Below, one piece after another: positions 58,071-64,000 of a DNA stretch of 64,000 nucleotides (positions are counted from its first letter, which is position 1; each line of letters begins with the position of its first letter). The DNA comes from Deltaproteobacteria bacterium. Its GTDB lineage: Bacteria > Myxococcota_A > Polyangia > Polyangiales > Houyiibacteriaceae. Where the stretch lies: NCBI GenBank assembly GCA_034670305.1, contig JAXMNT010000042.1, positions 1-64,000 on the forward strand, read 5' to 3'. The position numbers were made by a program, and so were the translations under genes. Below the pieces are notes generated by a model, which did not search any database, was not told the origin of the DNA, and worked only from the letters and a program-made list of their open reading frames with translations.

Positions 58071-59681
58071 GTGGACCCGCAGCCTGCGGGGGTGCGCTGG
58101 GTCGCCCTCCTGTGTTGTTCGATCTCGGTTGCAGCCGCGGCGCAACCACGCGTCGTCGTGCGGGCGGAGTCACGGATCGAGCTCGGCGCGGAGCCCGACC
58201 TGGAGGGTGGCATCGTCCGGGGTCGGCTGTACGACGACGGCGGCAGTCCGCTGGCCGGAGAACGGTTGCGCGTCCGCGTTCGCGACGGCGCGGAGTCGCT
58301 CGCCGACATCGAGCTGCACACCGACCGTGCGGGCAGCTTCGAGCTGAGACTGCCGATGCAAGACGACCGCACGTACGATGCGGAGGTCTTCTACGACGGC
58401 GACGAGTTTCACGAGCGCGCGCTGGTGAGACGCTCGCTGGACCTGCGGCGTTCGGACGTCCGGCTCGAGGTCGATGCACCAGCGGAGGTCGACCTCGGCT
58501 CCGAGTCGCACGCCATCACGGTGGTGGCGCGCGGTCCGAGTGGCGGCGCTTCTCTTCTGCTCTTCGTCGAAGACGAGCTCGGCCGCGCGGTGGCACAGAC
58601 ACTGACCGATGCAGGCGGACGGGCGGAGATGGAACTGCGCTCGTCCAAACTCGGACCGCCCGGCGCCGGCCGCCTCACCGTCCGCACCGATGGCGACAGC
58701 GCCCGGGGGAGCGCGCGGACGGAGGTCCCCATCCTTCGCACTCGAGCGACCCACCTCGATCTGCTCGCGACTCCAGCGGCGATCGAAGTCGGCGCACCGG
58801 TTCGGCTGTCTGGCACCCTTCACACCACCGCCGGCCCGCTGTCGCGACGGGCGGTCGGCATCTATCGAAACGAGACGCACCTCGCGACCGTGCTGACGGA
58901 CAACGAAGGCGGGTTCGAGTTCACATGGACCGCGGATCGCAGCGGCGACCACGCGGAGTTCGTCGCTCGCTTCGCCACCGACTCGCCGGGTCTGCCCTCG
59001 TGTGAGAGCGAACCGGTCGTGGTGGCCATCGCGAACGCCCCGCTCGGGCCGATCGCCTGGTCGCTCCTGCCGCTGCTCGCCCTGGGCCTCGGACTGTTCG
59101 CATGGCGCCGTCGCCTGGTCGTGGTGCCCCCTCCCCCGTCGGTCCGCGTCCGTCCTGGCGTCGACCCGCGCGTCGTGGCGCGCACCGTGCGGGCCACCTC
59201 GTTCCGGGTGTCGGGAGAAGTCGTGGCGCACAGGGACGAACGCCGGTTGACCTCCGGGGTCGAGATCGTCTCGGGCGAGCGGGTCGATCGGAAGAATCTC
59301 ATCGACGGACAATTCGACTTCGAACTCCCCGAAGGGCGCCACCGACTGCGGTTCATCGCGTCCGGTCACATTCCCGTCGAAGTCGACGTCCAGATTCCAC
59401 ACCGCGGTCAGTGGGTCGACTTCCGGGTGCGGCTCGAGACCTGGAGGGCGCGCGCGCTCGCGATCGCGGGGCGGGTCGGTGCCGCGATCCTGGGACGCCG
59501 GTGGGAGAAGACCACCGTACACGAGCTGAGCAAGCACCCCCAGGCGCCCGAGCCCGTCCGGGCGGTGGCCACGGACGCGGCGCAGATGATCTACGGCCCG
59601 AATCCACCCTCAGGGGAAGCCGTGGAGGCGCTCGACGAGCGGGCGCGCAAAGCGGAGTCGCCCAACGTCCCGCCGACGTAG
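58071..59681 (+). CDS. Membrane-anchored protein with Ig/carboxypeptidase-regulatory-like domains
   Basis: Signal peptide; 'GRLYDDGGSPLAG..TD..G.F' modules; internal TM WSLLPLLALGLGLFAW then RRR. Confidence 0.75.
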   Translation: MDPQPAGVRWVALLCCSISVAAAAQPRVVVRAESRIELGAEPDLEGGIVRGRLYDDGGSPLAGERLRVRVRDGAESLADIELHTDRAGSFELRLPMQDDRTYDAEVFYDGDEFHERALVRRSLDLRRSDVRLEVDAPAEVDLGSESHAITVVARGPSGGASLLLFVEDELGRAVAQTLTDAGGRAEMELRSSKLGPPGAGRLTVRTDGDSARGSARTEVPILRTRATHLDLLATPAAIEVGAPVRLSGTLHTTAGPLSRRAVGIYRNETHLATVLTDNEGGFEFTWTADRSGDHAEFVARFATDSPGLPSCESEPVVVAIANAPLGPIAWSLLPLLALGLGLFAWRRRLVVVPPPPSVRVRPGVDPRVVARTVRATSFRVSGEVVAHRDERRLTSGVEIVSGERVDRKNLIDGQFDFELPEGRHRLRFIASGHIPVEVDVQIPHRGQWVDFRVRLETWRARALAIAGRVGAAILGRRWEKTTVHELSKHPQAPEPVRAVATDAAQMIYGPNPPSGEAVEALDERARKAESPNVPPT

Positions 59682-59710
59682 CGGATGGCGATCTTGGTTG
59701 CCCTGCGTCG

Positions 59711-59740
59711 TTGACGCGAGCGACGCCCGCTCTCTATAGT
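59711..59740 (+). promoter_or_regulatory. Sigma70-type promoter for ftsY
   Basis: TTGACG (59711-59716), 18 bp, TATAGT (59735-59740); ATG 13 bp downstream. Confidence 0.65.
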
Positions 59741-59753
59741 CGCGCCCCCACAC

Positions 59754-61115
59754 ATGTACATCGCCATCGCCATCGTTGTGGTCGTGCTCATCGTCGCCGT
59801 CATCGTTCTACGACGCGGCGGACCCGACACGATCCACCCGGAGAAACTTCCGGAACCGAAGTCCGCCGCAACGCCCGACAAGGCCGCGGAGAAGAAGCCA
59901 AAGGCGAAGTCGTCCAAGAAGGCTGAGAAAGCCGAGAAGGCTGAGAAGGCTGAGAAGGCTGAGAAAGCCGCGAAGGCCGAGAAGACCGGTGCGCAGGAAA
60001 AGCCCGCCGAGCCCGAGGGTGCCGACGACGACGACGAACCGGACGACGAAGCGCCCGAGCTGGACGACGATGACGGCTCGGACGACGCGGCCGCCGCGGC
60101 ACCCAGAGCAAAACCGACATCCAAGCGCGCGAGCCCGGAAGACGTCGCCGCCCTCAAGAAGGGTCTGAAGCGAACGCGGGGCGGTTTCATCTCGCGCCTG
60201 GCCAATCTCTTCGGCAAGAAGGGGGCAGAGCTTGATCCCGCGGTGCTCGACGAGATGGAAGCGCTGCTCGTCGGGGCGGACATCGGGGTGAAGACCGCAG
60301 ATGCACTGCTCACCGAACTTCGTTCTGCGGTCGAAGCAGGGACCTGCACCACGAGCGACCAGGCGTGGGATCTCCTCGCCGCCAAGACCGAGGCGATCTT
60401 GGCCGCGCCAGGTGCTGGCGCCATTCGGCTCAAGAACAACCCGACGGTGATCCTTGTCGTTGGCGTCAACGGCGTCGGAAAGACCACGACGATCGGCAAG
60501 CTGGCTGCGGACTACGTCGACAACGGCAAACGCGTCCTGCTGGCCGCGGGCGACACGTTTCGCGCAGCCGCCGTGATGCAGCTTGGGGTCTGGGCCCGAC
60601 GCACCAAGTGCGACATGGTCAAAGGCAAGGACCGCGCAGATCCCAGCTCGGTCATCTTCGACGCCATCAAGAAGGGCATCGATGAGAAGTACGACGTCGT
60701 GATCTGCGACACGGCTGGCCGTCTTCACACGAAGACGCCGCTCATGGAGGAGATCAAGAAGGTCGGCCGCACAGTCGAGAAGGTGCTCGGGCGGGACGCC
60801 GACGAGATCTTGCTCGTGCTCGATGCGACGACCGGCCAGAACGCGATCCAGCAGGCCGACTTGTTCAAGCAGGCCCTCCCGATCAATGGCATCGCGCTGA
60901 CGAAGCTCGACGGCTCCGCCAAGGGCGGCGTGATTCTCGGGATCGTCGATCAGCACCAACTGCCAGTTCGCTACGTCGGCATCGGCGAGCGCGTGAACGA
61001 CCTCCGGCCCTTTGATCCGGCCGGTTTTGTCGAGGCTCTGTTCGAACGGCCCGAGCCGTCGGACACGGAAGAAGACGACTCCGCAGACGACGAAGCGGGG
61101 GCTGACGCTTCCTGA
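59754..61115 (+). CDS. ftsY: SRP receptor FtsY with N-terminal TM anchor
   Basis: GVNGVGKTTTIGKLA, AAGDTFRAAA, DTAGRLH, DATTGQNA, TKLDGSAKGG, GIGE..DLRPF. Confidence 0.97.
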   Translation: MYIAIAIVVVVLIVAVIVLRRGGPDTIHPEKLPEPKSAATPDKAAEKKPKAKSSKKAEKAEKAEKAEKAEKAAKAEKTGAQEKPAEPEGADDDDEPDDEAPELDDDDGSDDAAAAAPRAKPTSKRASPEDVAALKKGLKRTRGGFISRLANLFGKKGAELDPAVLDEMEALLVGADIGVKTADALLTELRSAVEAGTCTTSDQAWDLLAAKTEAILAAPGAGAIRLKNNPTVILVVGVNGVGKTTTIGKLAADYVDNGKRVLLAAGDTFRAAAVMQLGVWARRTKCDMVKGKDRADPSSVIFDAIKKGIDEKYDVVICDTAGRLHTKTPLMEEIKKVGRTVEKVLGRDADEILLVLDATTGQNAIQQADLFKQALPINGIALTKLDGSAKGGVILGIVDQHQLPVRYVGIGERVNDLRPFDPAGFVEALFERPEPSDTEEDDSADDEAGADAS

Positions 61116-61118
61116 CGG

Positions 61119-61148
61119 TTGAAACCCGCGGAATCACCGTGATATAGT
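61119..61148 (+). promoter_or_regulatory. Sigma70-type promoter for the beta-barrel gene pair
   Basis: TTGAAA (61119-61124), 18 bp, extended -10 TG-a-TATAGT (61140-61148). Confidence 0.65.
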
Positions 61149-61324
61149 CCGGCCCGCTCGCGCTGGCCTCTGTTTTTCCGAGCAATTACATAGAGTTGGA
61201 AACCGTTGCCGGAATCTCTTTTTCGTTTTTTTGGAGTTGATCGTCAGTCGAACGGCTCCCCCAGCACGACGCCCGTCTACGCGGGTCAATGCCCAGGTGG
61301 TTGGAAGTGAGTTTGGAAGGGTCG

Positions 61325-62353
61325 ATGAAGCATTTCCTGACAGCTTTGACTGGGAGGCGTGGTTCCCACGTGCTCCTCGCTTCGCTCCTCGTGTGGCTCG
61401 GTACCGCAGTCGCGGCCCCGGTCACCCATGCACAGATGGACTTCTCTCTCGACGAAGGAGAGGGGGAAGGCACCACGGAGGGTGAGGGTGAAACCTTCGA
61501 CGAAGGTGGAGACGAAGGAGGTGGCGGCGAGGACGGCGGCATGGACTTCGGCCTCGACGAAGGTGGCGAAGGTGGCGAAGGCGGTGGTGGCGACGTGATC
61601 GCCGACCTCGCTGGTGGCTCGGACGGCCTGTCGGACGACACGGACCGCGCGCCCCGCGAAACCGAGACGGTCGAAGAGATCTTCGCCGTGCAGCAGATCT
61701 ACGCGCTGCGTCTCAACCGAGTGGAAGTGGCACCCTCCGCTTCGTTCACCTTGAACGACCCGTACATCGCCCACCCCGCCGGCTCGCTGGCCATCAACTA
61801 TTGGTTCACCAACGTCCTCGCGCTCGGCGTGAGCGCGAGCTGGTTCCAGTGGGGCCAGCCCCAGAACCGTGAATCCGACCTCAACTTCTTCGTGCGCCGG
61901 TCGACCCGTCTCGGCATCCCGGTCAACGAGTGGCAGCTGGGGGCGTACCTCAACTTCACGTACGTGCCGTTCTACGGAAAGTTCGCGGTCTTCAACGAGT
62001 TCATCTTCCAGTGGGATGCGTACATCGTCGGCGGCGTCGGCATGATGCGGACCCGGCCGATTCCGGTCATCGACCCGGAGATTCGCCAGTTCGACTTCCA
62101 GAACCGAGTCGCGTTCAACCTCGGTCTCGGCATCCGGGTCTTCGTGTCGCGCTTCTTCGGCGTGTTCATCGAGTTCCGTGACTACGCCTTCCTCGAGAAG
62201 TTCGAGAACCTCGAGGTCGAGGTTCAGACCGACCGCCGGAACAACCCGGACACCTGGCTCTCCGACACGACGACGTTCTCGAACAACGCGACGGTCCAGG
62301 TCGGCTTCACGATCTTCTTCCCGTTCAACTTCGAATACAACCTGCCCAAGTGA
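61325..62353 (+). CDS. Outer-membrane beta-barrel protein, GltB-like, with acidic Gly-rich N-terminal extension
   Basis: Signal peptide; AVQQ..RVEVAP..TLNDPY, YVPFYGKFA, amphipathic strands, C-terminal FTIFFP; first of a tandem pair. Confidence 0.8.
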   Translation: MKHFLTALTGRRGSHVLLASLLVWLGTAVAAPVTHAQMDFSLDEGEGEGTTEGEGETFDEGGDEGGGGEDGGMDFGLDEGGEGGEGGGGDVIADLAGGSDGLSDDTDRAPRETETVEEIFAVQQIYALRLNRVEVAPSASFTLNDPYIAHPAGSLAINYWFTNVLALGVSASWFQWGQPQNRESDLNFFVRRSTRLGIPVNEWQLGAYLNFTYVPFYGKFAVFNEFIFQWDAYIVGGVGMMRTRPIPVIDPEIRQFDFQNRVAFNLGLGIRVFVSRFFGVFIEFRDYAFLEKFENLEVEVQTDRRNNPDTWLSDTTTFSNNATVQVGFTIFFPFNFEYNLPK

Positions 62354-62367
62354 TTGGTTCCGGACCC

Positions 62368-63258
62368 ATGATGAGTCGAATCCTCACCGTCACCACGCTC
62401 GCCGCTGCGCTCCTCGTCGCGGACGCCGCGCTGCCGGCCAATCAGGCCCACGCGCAGGAAATCCAGATCACTGGCCCCCTTGCCGGGCAGCCTGCGGTTC
62501 GCCGCATGCGGCTCTACCGCAAGGGTCGCATCCTCCTGGAGCCGAACTTCGCGTTCACCCTCCAGGACGAGTTCACCCGGACGCTCTTCGCGGGCCTCCA
62601 CGCGGGCTACTACTTCACCGACTGGATCGGCATCGGCCTCTGGGGCGCGTACGGCGTCGTCGGGCTCGACACGGGCCTCACGGACCAGATCACCGCCCAG
62701 GGCGTGACCACGGACCGAAACCGGCTCAGCCTCCCGAGCCGGGCTGGCTTTCCTGACCAGACCGGCAGCCTGACCTGGGCTGCCGCGCTCCAGCTGGAGT
62801 TCGTCCCGCTGCGCGGCAAGCTCGCCATCTTCCAGAAGCTCTTCGTCGACACCGACTTCTACATCTTCCTCGGCGCCGCGTTCGTGGGCGTGGAAGAGCG
62901 GGCCGACGTCCACCTCGCCGGCGTCGGAGAGACCGCTGGAACCGAGTGTGGCGGAGACGCCGCCGCCGTGGCCGCCTGTCTTCAGACGAGCCAGACCGCC
63001 CGGGCCAGCCGCGTGGCCATCGCGCCGACCTTCGGTGCAGGCCTCACGATGATGTTCAACGACTTCGTCGGACTGAACTTCAACTGGCGCGCGATTCCGT
63101 TCAGCTGGAACACCTCCGGCACCGACGAGTCGGGCGACGAAGCCGGCGACTTCCCGGACGGCGCGATCGACGAGGACGACCGGTTCCTGAAGCTCAACCA
63201 GGTCTTCCAGGTCGGGATCATGATCTACCTTCCGACCGCGCCCGAAATCACCGAGTGA
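62368..63258 (+). CDS. Outer-membrane beta-barrel protein, GltA-like
   Basis: AVRRMRLYRKGR..LEP..TLQDEF, FVPLRGKLAIF..DFY, C-terminal IMIYLP; paralog of the preceding gene. Confidence 0.8.
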   Translation: MMSRILTVTTLAAALLVADAALPANQAHAQEIQITGPLAGQPAVRRMRLYRKGRILLEPNFAFTLQDEFTRTLFAGLHAGYYFTDWIGIGLWGAYGVVGLDTGLTDQITAQGVTTDRNRLSLPSRAGFPDQTGSLTWAAALQLEFVPLRGKLAIFQKLFVDTDFYIFLGAAFVGVEERADVHLAGVGETAGTECGGDAAAVAACLQTSQTARASRVAIAPTFGAGLTMMFNDFVGLNFNWRAIPFSWNTSGTDESGDEAGDFPDGAIDEDDRFLKLNQVFQVGIMIYLPTAPEITE

Positions 63259-63276
63259 TGTAACGGCTGTCTGACC

Positions 63277-63304
63277 AAAGGCTCCGCTTCGGCGGGGCCT
63301 TTTG
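63277..63304 (+). terminator. Intrinsic terminator after the barrel genes
   Basis: aaaggctccgc-ttcg-gcggggcctttt. Confidence 0.85.
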
Positions 63305-63482
63305 TCGTTCTGGTGGGAGGTTTGGAGCTCGTCGAGGGAGAGGGCTTCGCTTCGGCGGGCCCTTGGTCGTTCTGGTGGGAGGAGTGGGGACGCGAACGCT
63401 GCGGCCTTCAGAGCACGCCCGTGCCGGTCGTTCCGTCCAAGCGGTTGAACGGAGGCGTGGCGGGGAGTAGACCCCTTCCGCA

Positions 63483-64000
63483 ATGGGAATGTTCGACATG
63501 TTCAAGAGGTCCGGGCCGGCGCAGCTGAAAAAGCACGCAGCCCGGGTGGCCACCAAGAAGTCGCAGAACGCAGACCGGTGGCACTCGCTCATCGCGCTGG
63601 GCGAGATGAAGTCGCCCGAAGCGGTCTCCGCCCTGCTCCAGCGGTTCACCTTCCGCATGGACCCCAGCATCACCGACCAAGAGGAGAAGGACCTCGCGAT
63701 GCAGGGCATCGTCGGCTCCGGTGAAGTCGCGATCGAACCCATTCGCGAGTTCATCAGCGAAACCGAGTCGATCGCTTGGCCGCTGAAGATGCTGCAGCAG
63801 CTCGTACGCGACGAAGACGTCGTCACGGTGTTGCTCGAGGTGCTCGAGGACATGCATACGGAGTACGAGCGGGATCCCCAAAAGAAGGTGGACGCCCTGA
63901 TGCAACTCGAAGACTACCGCGACCCCCGCATCCTCCCCGCCATCTCCCGCTTCTTCGAGGACGTCAACGAGACCGCCCGCTTCCACGCGGTTGCGACCGC
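63483..64000 (+). CDS. HEAT-repeat protein, truncated by the window end (absent from ORF track)
   Basis: MGMFDMFKRSG..EAVSALLQRF..DPSITDQEEK..DVNETARFHAVAT; open to the end of the window. Confidence 0.8.
   Translation, partial: MGMFDMFKRSGPAQLKKHAARVATKKSQNADRWHSLIALGEMKSPEAVSALLQRFTFRMDPSITDQEEKDLAMQGIVGSGEVAIEPIREFISETESIAWPLKMLQQLVRDEDVVTVLLEVLEDMHTEYERDPQKKVDALMQLEDYRDPRILPAISRFFEDVNETARFHAVAT

Overview
High-GC (~70% by eye) chromosomal segment that looks myxobacterial (Myxococcota, most like Polyangia/Sandaracinaceae; inferred from gene content). The right half (~31-64 kb) is dominated by an adventurous-gliding (Glt) machinery locus. It has a minus-strand gltC-gltD-gltE-[extra lipoprotein]-gltF-gltG run, then a TPR lipoprotein and a 3380-aa TPR giant (GltI/AgmK-like), a divergent Cys-rich lipoprotein (GltK/CglC-like) and two tandem outer-membrane beta-barrels (GltB/GltA-like). 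No AglRQS motor genes are visible. Housekeeping genes are greA, carB, tsaE, map, parA, parB, ftsY and a YraN-family gene. The left half also holds a Ser/Thr kinase, HEAT-repeat proteins, an orphan MglA-like GTPase coupled to an MBL hydrolase and an aldehyde dehydrogenase, a Thr-nucleophile sulfatase-fold membrane protein, an M1 peptidase, a MATE transporter and several small or Cys-rich lipoproteins. Best second-look items: (1) an extra lipoprotein ORF inside the glt operon with a gapless diverged copy of the GltE C-terminus; (2) a GltF-motif/GltD-like TPR chimera next to parB; (3) a shared N-terminal M-x-F-x-[LI]-D-E motif in GltC and the first barrel; (4) oriented TCGGCN hexamer arrays downstream of stop codons, sometimes absorbed into proteins; (5) a dispersed 21-bp tandem repeat family at gene 5' ends; (6) an RHH regulator plus a 59-aa partner missing from the ORF track, with a candidate operator. 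No CRISPR array, tRNA/rRNA or transposase was recognised. All assignments come from motif recognition by eye; no database searches were run, and start codons are best guesses.
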